Part shown: piece by piece, positions 35,468-47,392 of the stretch | How positions within the stretch are numbered: the first letter of the stretch is position 1 | Layout of the letters: each line of letters starts with the position of its first letter | Origin: Balanoglossus misakiensis | Lineage: Eukaryota > Animalia > Hemichordata | Length of the DNA: 64,000 nt | Assembly: GCA_040954595.2 (NCBI GenBank) | Contig: CM082576.2 | Span: 19,701,028 to 19,765,027 of the forward strand | Direction: 5' to 3' | Translations under genes and position numbers: made by a program | Notes under the pieces: generated by a model | Told to the model about the DNA's origin: nothing | Database searches by the model: none | What the model saw: only the letters and a program-made list of their open reading frames with translations

Positions 35468-38400
35468 CTATTCATAGTCTTCCAGGTAAGTCGGACGGCG
35501 TCTTTCTCTCTGCGGACGGAGTCTCCTTTCCGGTGATTTTGTTGGTGTTGGGTTTGGTTTTCGTGGACTATCACAAACTGTTTCCATCCCCTGTTGCTGG
35601 TTAGGTGGGTTTACATCTTCCTCATCATGGTTGGTATTAAGGAGTAGATTTTCTCGCCAGTCCCTTGCATTTCGTTTTCCGGTTGCATCATATATGAACA
35701 TTTCCTCCTCAAGATCTTGTACTACTGCGTTCACAAGTTTGAACTTGCTCGCATCACGATATACTTCCCTTCCATCTGTTATACGTCTCGCTGCAATGCT
35801 TGAACCATCAATTCTGTATACTCTGTAGAATGTTGGCTCATATGCGGTTGACCATTTGTTTCTTTTCTGTTGTTTCAGTAGAACATAGTCTCCCACGATG
35901 AAATTGTGTGGCTTCACATTTCTCTTTTCTGTTGCTTGTCTGATCTTCTCTTTGTATTCTCTGTCTCTCTCATCGATTGCATCATCTTTCATTGTTTTCT
36001 GGTCATCTCTTGTGTGGTGGTCTAGTTTGGTTCTGACTTGTCTATTCATCATGGCTTCGTACGGTGCTGTATTTGTAGCTGGGTGTGGTGATGAACGGTA
36101 TCCTGTCAGCATATCTTGAATGGCTATTTCTCTGTCCTTGCCTTCCAAGTGTGCGATTCTCTCAGTTTTATTCAGCATCTTCATGAAATTTTCAGCTTCT
36201 CCATTGGCTCTCGCATGTTCTGGTGTTACGTTATGGTGGTGAAATCCCTCTTCCTTTGCGAAGTTGGTGAATTCTTCTGAATCAAAGGGTGGGCCATTGT
36301 CACTCTCCAACTGTCTGGGTGTGCCATGTGTAGCGAACATTTTCTTGAGTTTTCTCTTTGTGGGTTTCGCTGCTGTTGAATATACAGTTTCAACTTCTGG
36401 GTATCTTGTTCTCTTGTCGATGGCTACCAGGTTGTAGTGTCCATCAGGATATGGTCCTCCAAAGTCCACTGATATTACTTCCCATGGTTTCTCTGGTATT
36501 GGTGTCATCTTGACAGGTTCTTGTTTGTGTTGCTTCGTCGTTACTTGACATTCGAAGCATTGACCTATCATCTGCTCGACGTAGCTGTTCATCATCGGAA
36601 ACCAATATTTCTCTCGCAACATCTGCTTGGTCTTCGTCATGCCTAAATGACCTAGCTTGTGTGCTGATTTGATGACTTTTCTCTGCAGACTGCGTGGAAT
36701 CACGATGCGGTTGATTCTGAGTATCAGGTCGTCTACCATGCTCAGCTCTTGTCTTACTGTGTAAAACGGGTTGATGTCTGGGTCTTTCTTGTGCTTCTCC
36801 CAGTTGCCTCTTCGTATGACTCTGCTCAGTTTCTGTAGTTGACTGTCTTTCTTCGTTTCTTCTTTGATACGGTCTAGCACAACAGCATATTCTGTTTCTA
36901 TCACTTTCTTGATTGTTTTCTCTGTACCATCTCTTCCTGTTTCAGGTAGTGGGTGTCTGGACAAGAAATCCAGTGGGTCAGCAGCATCTTTGCCTGGCTC
37001 ATAGAGTAGCTCATAATCGACATCTTGCATTTCCATTACCCATTTCTCTATCCTGGGTGGTAGTTTCATGGTAGCTTTGTTGAACATTGGGATGAGCGGT
37101 TTATGTGCTGTGATGATTCTGAATCTGGGTGCTCCCAACAGATATATGTGGAATCTGTTCTTCGCCCATTTCACTGCTAAAGCATCTTTCTCAGTCTGGC
37201 TGTATCTTTTCTCAGCGCTTGTCAAAGTGCGACTGATGAAGTGAACTGGTCTCAGGCCTTTCTCACTCAGCTGGAAAAGTCCTGCTGACAGTCCTTCATG
37301 GTAACTAGCTTCTACTCTTACTGTGATGGGTTTCGATGGGTTGAAGTAAGCCATAGTATCTTCATTTGTGATACTGTCTTTGAGGTTCTGGAAAGCTGCG
37401 TTTTCCTTCTGTCCCCATCTGAAATGGACATCTTTGTGAGTAAGCTCTCTCAGGGGTGCTGTCAGTGATGTGTACCGTGGTATGAACTTCGAGAGATATC
37501 CGATAATTCCCAGGAAGCTTCTCACTGCCTCCTTGGATTTTGGTGCTTTGCATTCTTTCACAGCTCGGACTTTCTCTGGTGTTGGCTTGAGTCCATCTTT
37601 CGTGAATCGGTATCCGTAGAATTCAATCTCCTCAACTCCAAATTTGCATTTGTCAAGGTTGAATGTGATCCCGAAATCCTGTGCTCTCTGTAGGACTGTT
37701 TCTAGTGTTTTGTTGTGTTCTTCTGCTGAACGGCCTCCCAAGAGGATGTCATCGCGTTGGTTGAGACATCTTGGTATGTCACCAAATATTCTGTATATTG
37801 TCTCGTCAAACAAATCTTGTGATGACTTGGCTCCAAAGATCAGTCGTTTCAGCCTCATGTTGCCCCATGGTGTGCTGAAAGTTGCTACTGCTCGAGATTC
37901 TGGATCTAGCAAGAGTTGGTGATATCCCTGCCTCATATCAAGCTTGGAGAATATCACACAGTCGTTGAACTTGTGCTCAAAATCTTCCACTATTGGGCTC
38001 TGGGTGATTCTGTTTCTCTCCATGTACTGGTTTGGTACTCTCAAGTCTACACTTGCTCTGATCATGTGTGGCTCTAGGTTTTCCCTTGGTGTCTCATGGA
38101 ATCTTGGTTTTGGTTGTACTACAAGGGGTGAACACCATGTCACTGGTTCTCCTTGTGGAACTTCTTCAAAGATTTCTTCTTGTATACAGTGCTCCAGCCA
38201 TTTCTTTAGTGGTTTCTGCAGGTAGTATGCCACAGGTCTGGGTTTCTGGGCTACTGGTACTGCTTCTTGCTTCATGCTGAACTTGGCATAAATTTCTCTA
38301 TCATTCTTCATATCTCTTATTCTTCCAATTCCCTGGAATACATTTCCATATTTCTCTGTTATCTCTTTCACTTGTTTGTCCAGTATTTCACTCTTCACTG

Positions 38401-39799
38401 TTTTGATGTCTTGATTTTCTTTTATTCGTAGATTGTTGACCTCTGTCAGCGATCCATCTGGTTTTATTTGCATCATACCCAATTCAGTTAGTGTGTTCCT
38501 GCTCAGCAGTGGTGGTGAATTTATCCTACCTCTGACTACGATGAACTTGGCTTTCACTCCACAGGTTTTGTTTCTCACTATGGTAGAGAATTTGCCTTTC
38601 ACTGGTAATCGATCTTGCAAAGTGTTTAGCTTTGTGTGACTGTCCCGTAGTTTGATCTCATCGCTGGATCTGTGTTGTAATGCTTTGAACTGATGTTCAT
38701 CCATGACATTTACCTCAGCTCCGGTGTCAGGTTCCATCTGTGCATCAACATCATTTATTCTGACTGTGACAGTTTTTCCTGTGTAAGTTTCATTTCCTCT
38801 TTTGATACCTTTGACGTGTTTGATTGCATGCTCAAAATAGTCGTCATCTGAACTTGTAGTGCTGTCTTGCTCTTTTGTTGAAGTTTTCTTTATTCTTCTC
38901 TGCTGTTTTCTATAGTCACTTTTCTCTTGGGCACTGCTAGGTGTCTTTCTGCTTCTATACCCTGTGTCTTTACTTCCTCTGTCTGGATCTGCTCTACACA
39001 CAGAAGCGAAGTGGTTTCTCTTTTGGCATTTCCTGCATTGTTTACCAAAAGCAGGGCAGTTCTGTCCTTCTTTATGAACTCCAGTCAGTCCACAATATGT
39101 ACACTGTTTACCATCATGTGCAGGTGTCTGTTTTCTTTTCTCGGGTTTTCCGTGTTTCTTGGTTTGTCTGTATTGTCTCACTTTTGCGACACTTCTCTCA
39201 CCTGACTGTTTCATATCACGCATTTGTAGTGAGGTGTCCTCCATTTGCGCTGCTTCAGTCAGTAACTGAGTAAGAGACCATTTCTTGTTTATTGCTTTCT
39301 GTATCAGGGTGCAATTGTCAATTGTCTGGATGATATGTTCCAGAATTCTCTCTTCACAACTCGTGCCGAATTCACACTCGTTGGCTTTTTCTCTCAATCT
39401 GGCTGCGTATGCGACAGTGCTTTCATTTGTTGTCGGAGTCATTTTGAGAAATAAATACCTTGCGTGGTGTTTATTCTTCTTTGGCGTGTAGTACTCATTT
39501 AGTTTCGTTTTCAACTTCTCATAGACGTTTTCTCCCTCTGTGGGGTCAGGTAAACTTTTCTCGAGTCTCGCTATCTCTTTTCCTCCATAGATTATCATGG
39601 CGTCTTTCTTATCGATAGGTTCTGTTATTCTGAAGTATCGAAATTCTCGTTCGATGCCCTCCAACCATTCCTCCCAAGCTTTGCCTGTTGTGATCTGATC
39701 ATCGGTGTGCACAAAAGGTTGGCATTTGAGGTTTCTCGTGTCTGTAACCACGGTTATTGCTGCTGGGGGTGCCGCCATTTTGTCAGTTCTATCAGTCAC
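35468..39799 (-). CDS. Gag-Pol polyprotein (double CCHC knuckle, protease, RT, RNase H, integrase), 1443 aa
   Basis: CTYC..H..C and CRKC..H..C knuckles; protease DTGA; RT KLDMRQGYHQL, LIFGAKSS, QRDD; integrase HKLGH..CFEC, SVDF, SDNG, NGEAE. Confidence 0.96.
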   Translation of the reverse strand: MTDRTDKMAAPPAAITVVTDTRNLKCQPFVHTDDQITTGKAWEEWLEGIEREFRYFRITEPIDKKDAMIIYGGKEIARLEKSLPDPTEGENVYEKLKTKLNEYYTPKKNKHHARYLFLKMTPTTNESTVAYAARLREKANECEFGTSCEERILEHIIQTIDNCTLIQKAINKKWSLTQLLTEAAQMEDTSLQMRDMKQSGERSVAKVRQYRQTKKHGKPEKRKQTPAHDGKQCTYCGLTGVHKEGQNCPAFGKQCRKCQKRNHFASVCRADPDRGSKDTGYRSRKTPSSAQEKSDYRKQQRRIKKTSTKEQDSTTSSDDDYFEHAIKHVKGIKRGNETYTGKTVTVRINDVDAQMEPDTGAEVNVMDEHQFKALQHRSSDEIKLRDSHTKLNTLQDRLPVKGKFSTIVRNKTCGVKAKFIVVRGRINSPPLLSRNTLTELGMMQIKPDGSLTEVNNLRIKENQDIKTVKSEILDKQVKEITEKYGNVFQGIGRIRDMKNDREIYAKFSMKQEAVPVAQKPRPVAYYLQKPLKKWLEHCIQEEIFEEVPQGEPVTWCSPLVVQPKPRFHETPRENLEPHMIRASVDLRVPNQYMERNRITQSPIVEDFEHKFNDCVIFSKLDMRQGYHQLLLDPESRAVATFSTPWGNMRLKRLIFGAKSSQDLFDETIYRIFGDIPRCLNQRDDILLGGRSAEEHNKTLETVLQRAQDFGITFNLDKCKFGVEEIEFYGYRFTKDGLKPTPEKVRAVKECKAPKSKEAVRSFLGIIGYLSKFIPRYTSLTAPLRELTHKDVHFRWGQKENAAFQNLKDSITNEDTMAYFNPSKPITVRVEASYHEGLSAGLFQLSEKGLRPVHFISRTLTSAEKRYSQTEKDALAVKWAKNRFHIYLLGAPRFRIITAHKPLIPMFNKATMKLPPRIEKWVMEMQDVDYELLYEPGKDAADPLDFLSRHPLPETGRDGTEKTIKKVIETEYAVVLDRIKEETKKDSQLQKLSRVIRRGNWEKHKKDPDINPFYTVRQELSMVDDLILRINRIVIPRSLQRKVIKSAHKLGHLGMTKTKQMLREKYWFPMMNSYVEQMIGQCFECQVTTKQHKQEPVKMTPIPEKPWEVISVDFGGPYPDGHYNLVAIDKRTRYPEVETVYSTAAKPTKRKLKKMFATHGTPRQLESDNGPPFDSEEFTNFAKEEGFHHHNVTPEHARANGEAENFMKMLNKTERIAHLEGKDREIAIQDMLTGYRSSPHPATNTAPYEAMMNRQVRTKLDHHTRDDQKTMKDDAIDERDREYKEKIRQATEKRNVKPHNFIVGDYVLLKQQKRNKWSTAYEPTFYRVYRIDGSSIAARRITDGREVYRDASKFKLVNAVVQDLEEEMFIYDATGKRNARDWRENLLLNTNHDEEDVNPPNQQQGMETVCDSPRKPNPTPTKSPERRLRPQRERRRPTYLEDYE

Positions 39800-39950
39800 G
39801 TAGCACTGATCGACACTATATGTACGTCACACTCACGTTCGGCAGATCTGGCGGTTACGGATGTGTAATTTCTGGGTCGGCTCTCGCTGGGAAATGGTTT
39901 GAGTCTGTCACCATGCATTTATGGTTGCTCCGCTTTGCGTTCTGTGGATC

Positions 39951-39968
39951 GTTTGATCCTCGTCGCCA
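39951..39968 (-). other. Primer-binding site, complementary to the 3' end of tRNA-Ser(GCU)
   Basis: Minus strand reads TGGCGACGAGGAT one base after the LTR. Eukaryotic tRNA-Ser(GCU) ends ATCCTCGTCG-CCA. Confidence 0.75.
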
Positions 39969-39969
39969 T

Positions 39970-40157
39970 TGTAATGTCCCCGACTATGAATCAAATAGAC
40001 TTATTCACCGTTGTATGGCTTCTAACATCTCGCCATGTTAACTTTATTAACAACAACACAACTACTGCGCATGGGCAGGTAACGTACCGCGCATGGCATG
40101 TACAGAATGCAGCTGGCCATACTGAAAGTATATTTTGTTATATGTCTGGATATTACA
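39970..40157 (-). repeat. 5' LTR (188 bp)
   Basis: Matches 32324-32511 and is followed by TSD gcatg. Confidence 0.97.
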
Positions 40158-41995
40158 GCATGAATCTTTAGAATACAGGATGCCGCAACATGAAGGAAGG
40201 TGGGCAGAAATGATGGGGTTGCCAAAAACTGAAAATGTTTGAGTGTTAAGACACAAAATAATTTGTTTTCACTTGCATGAATGGAATATTTTGCAATAAT
40301 GCAAACACCAGCTGTATAGGGAATACAGAGCTGGTCCTCACACAGCCTGGGATCAGTACCCTAGACATGTCACCAAAGTCATTTCAATAGAACAGAAGGG
40401 GAATGAAATACTCGAAAAATAACAATTACTACTCACGCATTGGTTGTGAAACTGAACTGAACCACAAGCTGAGTATCAGCCTGTCTCTTTCTTCGGTTTG
40501 AGGCGCCGCAGGTTATTTCAAGGTCATCAAAGTTGCATTCACCGCCACAAATACCAAACAAATCATTCAGATAGTTGATAGTGTTCATAAAACTGATCCT
40601 CAATTGCTGGATGACACCATTGTTACATGTACCAGCCTGTGAATTGTATGACACGCCACAATTCACTCCACGTTGAGTCTTCCCAGGAGCTGCAGTAGAA
40701 CAATACAAACAAACAAATTTTGTTAAAGATGCAATTTTCAATCTAGCGAACGATGTATTGACTTAGACTGCGAAACCGCTTAGCCAATCAGGAAAGTTAC
40801 AGCTGCTTACCCAGAACAAAATATTAAGAAAATAGCTCAAATGTACTGGAGCTTTATATTGGGGTAAGCAGATATGATGTTAACAAATTATCTACCTGTA
40901 ATCACAACCTTGACATACTGTAAAGCAAGAATTTGCATTACTCATATTTCTGTTTTCATTTATAACTAAAAGAAAATTGTCTCAATGCTGGAATACCCCC
41001 TCTCACAACTCTCTCTCTTTGGAGAATTTTCTGAATGTGCATGTGCAACCTGATTATATTTCTTTACTGATACCAAATCATTTTTTTCTCACCTGAACAT
41101 CCAGGGAAGGTGAATTCCTCGTCTGGATTCTCAGGATTAAAAGATCCTTCACTATGGCAGAGATAGTAAGGTGCTTGCAAACTTGTATCCTGGTAAACAA
41201 TCCACCTGACAGAACACACCCGACTCAAACTCATTACAGATGGAAATACCTTTAACTGGTGGTGCTGGCTTTTCACAATCAAATGATGTAAAAGAAAGGA
41301 GAACACAGTTTATTTGTCTATATATATATTTTTAATTTTATTTCATCTATCATCCAACAGGCAAATACTACCCAAATGTCTGTGTCTCATATATCATCCA
41401 ACAGGCAAATACTACCCAAATGTCCAGGTCTAGGTAACGAACCCACAACCCTAGCAACTAGGGCACAATGCCTCTTTTACCAGGTTCACACAGGGTAAAA
41501 TTTGAGACACTATTTGCCAGTGCTAACCACAGAGCATTAATCCTTTGAGTCATGTTGTGTCCACACACACAAAGTTTATGTATGGGCGCTGAGGCTCGGC
41601 CCCATAGACAATGGGTTGCGGAGAGGTGTTAATCCTTACACCGGCTCAGGTCTGGCTGGCAGAGCCGTCTAAAATCTGAGACGTTTCAGGACCACTTACA
41701 CCGTCCACACATGTTTTTTTAAGACAGTATCAATTCTGAGATGCTTCAGAACTGTCTTAATGGTGTATGTGTGACACCCATATTTATTACACATTCAAAT
41801 CTTTTAAACAGAACACCAACACATTAACATGTTTCTATGTAAAAGGGACTAGGAAAAGCTGTTGGTTGAAGAGAGGTTTCCCGATTAGACAGGGTTTGTT
41901 TTAGACGGGTTTGAGTGTCCTTGTATGTTCTGAATGATGTTGTTATAATTTTTGATAGTTACATAGGGACAAAAGTGATAATGATGCAATCATAT

Positions 41996-42189
41996 TACTG
42001 TAAAACGGCAAATTTTCCCAAACTTCGTCAAAAAAGAAGAAGAAAATAAAGTCGCATAAAATGTTTTTCAGAGATAACAGAGTAGTTAGTAAAATACTAG
42101 AATGCGGAAATTTAATTCTCGTGTCACAGTTGCCTCTTTTGATATATTGCAAAATATTTTCTGTCACGAAAATGTCCCGTTTTACAGTA
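41996..42189. mobile_element. Tc1/mariner-type MITE with TA flanks
   Basis: tactgtaaaacgg ... ccgttttacagta. Confidence 0.7.
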
Positions 42190-43525
42190 TGTGACAAGAC
42201 ATAACAAGGGGTAGAGATGACAATTTGTCAAGATATTAATTAATTTTTAAAGTTTATGTATGAATGATAAAAAAATTCACTCACGCAGTACATAGAGTAA
42301 AAAGTTGCACTGTGCATTGTTGCCAGCTGTATCTGAAGCAACATAGCTGATCTGGTAGGTTCCCCAGGAAAAGGTGTCACCTGTAAGAACAAAATTATGC
42401 ACATCATTACAGGCATGGGTGCTAAAGCCAAAATAGCTTCCGTTTCTTGAATGTTTTTCATGATTTTCTTTTCAAACTTAGAATGGTCCATTTAAGTGAG
42501 CTATCTGGTGGGTATACACAGGCATATTATCAACTCCTGATTGTGACTGTACATATAAACATGAACAAGATATGTATACTAAACAGATATGGTGCCGCAC
42601 ACGTTTATTCAACTGCCCATTGTAAGAGAACACAACATTTGTGGTATGGGTATCCCCAGTAGTAGTGGAGAATATTAAGTACTTTACTGATTAAAGGCCT
42701 TGCTCAACAGTTGGTCAAATCTTTTGTTTCCAATAAACAATTACGTGCAAACACAAATGCTTTCGAGTTTTAACTTCATTGTACTGCCCTGGGATCGAGG
42801 AAAGGGCCTATAAACATATGGTAATAGTATCAGCAATTAAGGCTTTAATACTTGGAAGCAAGATCATCTGTCGCACATAGGATGTGCTAGCCATATATGA
42901 GTAACGGCCACAAGAATAAACTGTACCAGTATGCTTCATACTGACCATAATCTTAGGAAAGTTGTCTCAGCTTGTTGGTTTATGTTTAGATCAACTCCCC
43001 ACCCCACCCCGATAAAAAAAACTTAGTTAGTGTGAATGTTATATATTATCTATAATCAGAAATGATATTTTATAGGAAACTTACCCATTGTGTAGGTTTG
43101 TGTCACATTGGCAATGGCGACATCATCTGTAAATATAGGCTCCTGCCATACTCCTGTTGTCACGCTATTAGGACTAATTATACGGGTCGTATTGGGACAG
43201 TAAATGACTTCAGGAGCGTGTTTATCTGAAGAAAAAAAAATGAAAGAATAACAAATGTTTGTAAATTAAACAACTGGTCCACACCCCCTATGCATACACT
43301 GGTACATTTAGGTAAATGCACTACTAGATGTTAATATCTGTCACATATTCATGAGAAATCCAGATATTGTTAAGTGCTTGTTTTCTGATACATGTGAATA
43401 GACTAGATCACTGTCAAGAAACACTACAAGATAGGACAGGAGTCATGAGATGGTATCCATAGGCATAATAACTGATATGATCAATTACACTCATGATAAG
43501 CCTAGTTCTTGGAACAGCAGAAACT

Positions 43526-43622
43526 GATGATGATGATGGTGATGATGATGACGATGATGATGATGATGGTGGTGGTGGTGGTGGTGATGATGATTATGAT
43601 GATGATGATGGTGATGGTGGTT
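43526..43622. repeat. (GAT)n/(GGT)n microsatellite
   Basis: Direct reading. A similar short tract lies at 24938-24992. Confidence 0.9.
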
Positions 43623-45129
43623 GTGAATAGTATCATTACATTCAGTGTTAAATACATGTACGGTAGAAACAAAAAGAGTGAGCGATACAGGCATGGGCAG
43701 ATGATGATTCCCTATACTTCCTAAAGTAGGGAGATTGCAGGCTGTGTGATTGGAGTACAACACACAGCAGCTAGGGGCTGGTGAATGTACACAGGAAAAA
43801 CTACTCAAAATTTCACACAGTTTTCCCTGGACAGACACAACATTACAAGGAGAGCTGTGTTAAAGTAAGGATTTAGGATTAATCAACTCTGTGAATATGA
43901 CCCAATTTCTCCTCGTCAGATTATGCATAAAATTGTTTGATAGTAATGAATAAGGCTATTTACCAACAGGTGTGCATGGTGAACCAGAGTAACCAATTGG
44001 GCACCTGGTACTTCCACAAGCTGATGGCTGGATTTTGACCACACTACCCAATAACTCTTGATCCATTTCAACCCACAAGTGGACTTTGTGAACAGTTCAA
44101 AGCCAGACTCTGGATTTCAACAGGAGTCAATACATAATCGTATACATTCATCTGTGTAACATCACCATGGAAGCTAAAATAGTTGTCAAGGAGTCCATTT
44201 TCGTCATAGCTTTGACCAAGAATTACCATACAGCTGTTGAAAAACAAGAGAATAATGAATTCATTAAAAGTGCTGGTAAGAAGTTGTCAAAAATAAACTG
44301 TGAAAATCAGTATCGTTCCGCATAAGTTTGAATTTGAAAGTGCCACGAAGATAGCTTTGCTGATGTCCATAGTTTGCTCCCTTGATTTTTTTGGCCAGTT
44401 TTGTTGTAAGTCGCAACATGTTATGATGATATTGTATTGTCATGTAGGAGTAAGACAAGCTACCTAGCAGATAAGTTATAAACAAGATAACTGCTTCACA
44501 AATAAATGGTTCACTTCTCTTGAGGCTTGGGAAAACTTGACAGTATAGGAAAATATAGAATTTTAACATGTGATGATGACAATTTTCTATGGCTTTGTAG
44601 GAGTTAAAAATGTTCGGAGTTCCACTAGCAACTTACTTTTCTGAGTCATCGATACCTGTCCAGGATGGAAGGGGTGATGTTACTGCAACACCATTCAAGT
44701 AAACTGCCACAATGCCTTCTTCAATTACCATGACAACATTATGCCACGAGTTGTCATCAACTGATACGGTTACACCATTTGTACTGACAGATAGACTTCT
44801 GTCCAGGACAAGAAGGGTACTATCAACTTGGGTTAAGCTGCCAAGAAATTCAAAACAGAGATTAGACATAAATCGGTGCATCAGCTGGTACTTTTGGGAA
44901 ATTATCACACTTTTTTCAAACTGCACCACCTTTAGCCCATACAGAAGTATGCACTGAACTATGTACAAGTATTATGAACCCTAAGTATGAGTGCATATGC
45001 AAGTTTAAACCAGACAAATAATAAATCTTCGCCGCAAAGGAATATGGTCGCCACCGTGAGAAAATGCAAAATACAATTAAAGTTGCAAGCAGCGTTGGTG
45101 GGGCACAAGCGGTTCCCATGGTAACAAGC

Positions 45130-46990
45130 AAATGCCAAGGCTGTATCTGTTGTGGATACCAAGATATTGGAAAGTAGGTCAAAGGTCACCTGAGGTCACC
45201 CCAAATTTGGGCAAAAAAATCAGACCCCATACTAGTCTAGGTCCAACAAAAACCAAACACCTAGCTCTATTGGTTCGCCTAGAATTAGGTATGCGCATAA
45301 TTAATGAGGTCTTGTGTAAGACTCCATATCTGCTCCATCGGCCCTCCAAAAGCCAGGACTCTAACTGCTGTGGATGCTGAGATATGGGAAATTAGATCAA
45401 AGGTCATCCAAGGTCACCCAAAATTTGGGCATAAAATTTTGACCCCAGCGTGGGCCATGTCCAACTAAAACCAGACCTCTAGCCCTATTGGTTAGCCTGG
45501 AATTAGATATGCAGAAAAATGATGTTTCAGAAATAGGTCAAGGGTCATTGCCAAAATTACCAAAATAGTTGTGTCATGTCCTGGCAGCATTGGTACCCAT
45601 GTCCACAAAATTCATGACTGTGGTGCTTTTACAAGAGGAGGTATGGGGATATGCATATATAATTAGTTGTTTTAAAACTGGGTCAAAGGTCATGTCAAAA
45701 TTGCCCCGAAAAATTGTAACAACTTCCGGTCATATGATGACTCATATCCAAAAAAAAGAATTTACGTGCTGTCAACATTTTGGCTACAAAACAGAATTTT
45801 CATTTTTCAATGGTTTTCCGAAAATCCAACATGGCCGCCATAATGATCGACCAATCACAGTGCGCTTCGCAAACTTGATAAACATAGGTTAGGTGACCAC
45901 ATACCCCGAATCCTGTGACTTGGCAATCGCTGGTTCTGGAGAAGAAGATTTTTAAAGTTTTAAGTAGTTTTTCAGAAAAACAATTGTAGCAAAATGATGG
46001 ACAGAAGGTAGGCTACCTGCACACCAAATTTGAACTCGATCGGCCCAGTAGTTTTTGAGAAGGACTCGTTTAACGATTGTCAGGAAATGCAATATGGCCG
46101 CCAGGTCACGTGACTAATTAAATATTCACGAGCCACTGCACGTCTACTCATTGGCCCCTATCACCCTACCAAGTTTCAGCCCCCAAGGTGCAGCGGTTTT
46201 CAAGATCTACCTGGCCGAATTTCTCGGAAGAAGAAGAAGAAGAAGAAGAATTAAAGCTGCGAGCAGCATTGTTGGGCCCAAGCGCTGATCTTGAATTATA
46301 TATGCACAGTATGAATGAGAAGAAACAGAATTTTCTATCGGATGTATTATCTCATGACATAACAAGGATGTGTGTATTTTTGCTGCTGAAATAGGGTGAA
46401 GTAGGTCAAAGGTCACCTGAGGTCACCCAACATTTGGGCAATTTTTTTTTACCCATACTTTTGACCCCAGAGTGGGCCATGTCCAACAAAAACCAAAACT
46501 CTAGCTCTATTGGTTCGCCTGTAATTAGGTATGTGCATAATTAATGAGGTCAGCAGAGGTCAAAGGGGTCATGAAAAGTAGCAAAATATTTTGATCACAC
46601 ACTAATCCACATTCATCAAAAACCAAACCTCTAGCCCTATAGGTTAGCCTGGAATTAGATATGCAGAAATAATAACGCGTGATAATTAGGTCAAAGGTCA
46701 TGTGAAAAATCGCCAAAAAATTGTTATATATTTTAGTCACATGACGATTGATATCCATAAAAAGAATTTGTATGCTATCAATTTTTGGACTAGAAAAAGG
46801 AATTTCAATTTTTCTCTGTTTTTTACAAAATCCAATATGGCCGCCATAATCTTCGACCAATCACAATGCTCTTTGCAAACTTGATAGACATCAGTGTAGT
46901 GACCATACTCCCCGAATCTTGCGACTCAGTCATCGCTCGTTCTGGAGAAGAAGATTTTTGGAGTTTAACTATGGTTTTACAAAAAAACAA
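45130..46990. mobile_element. Interspersed repeats with internal subrepeats, resembling non-autonomous Helitron/Helentron (HINE-like) elements
   Basis: Recurrent ggtcaaaggtca and ctagc(t/c)ctat..gtt.gcctggaattag subunits, and ttctggagaagaagattttt at ~45934 and ~46940. Two similar blocks (45.15-45.97 kb and 46.38-46.99 kb) are separated by a (GAA)n tract. The family assignment is from recall of marine invertebrate repeats. Confidence 0.5.
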
Positions 46991-47392
46991 TAAACCCGCT
47001 GTACCTCCGCATGTCTCCACAAGAGCTAGGAGCTCAAAATCGAACGGACGCAGACCAGCGGTCTGTCAGGTGTAGTAACCGTAACACCAATAAAGGTAGG
47101 TTTTCATTGATTCTAATAGGTCTCCGTTCATCAACATTTCAAATATTCTCCATAATCCAGTAGTTGCCACTGTACTTGAATGAAATATTTCCTTTCAAAC
47201 TTCCAAATGGTAACCGAATCTCAAATCGCAAATCTTTCCATTTTAATAACGAAGTCGGATGCCGAAATTACCAACTCACTTTTTCTATCGGACTCCATCA
47301 TTCTAATACTTTACTTCAATGTTCAAAAATTGTGTAAAACAATATCCACTCTCAATCTATATTTCAGGTTTAACGGCGTAATGGCATCCCCG

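Larger units (their letters stand above)
32324..40157 (-). mobile_element. Gypsy/Ty3 (Mag-like) LTR retrotransposon with internal partial duplication, recent insertion
   Basis: Two 188-bp TG..CA LTRs that look identical. 5-bp TSD GCATG at 32319-32323 and 40158-40162. PBS TGGCGACGAGG next to the 5' LTR. PPT aaaagaaaaggagaaa next to the 3' LTR. Confidence 0.97.
27905..44837 (-). pseudogene. 3' part of an Uninflatable/SVEP1-like type I membrane protein gene (pentraxin/LamG, EGF, HYR, sushi-like, furin site, 4x GCC2/GCC3, cbEGF, EGF, TM, NPxY tail), with disabling lesions
   Basis: Exons 44837-44637, 44233-43964 (frameshift), 43225-43085, 42380-42285, 41285-41093 (acceptor CAT, frameshift), 40689-40437, 32029-31881, 31286-31125, 30864-30703, 30458-30291, 30153-29992, 29422-29300, 29006-~28878, 28610-28522 (TM IPPAVIIGGVAGGLAAVLVLGVIMLLMY), 28169-27905 (YNPMY). 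No upstream exons were recognised in 45-64 kb. Confidence 0.8.

Noticed and set aside
43491-43838. Poly-His or poly-Met protein
   Set aside because: Intronic (GAT/GGT)n microsatellite.
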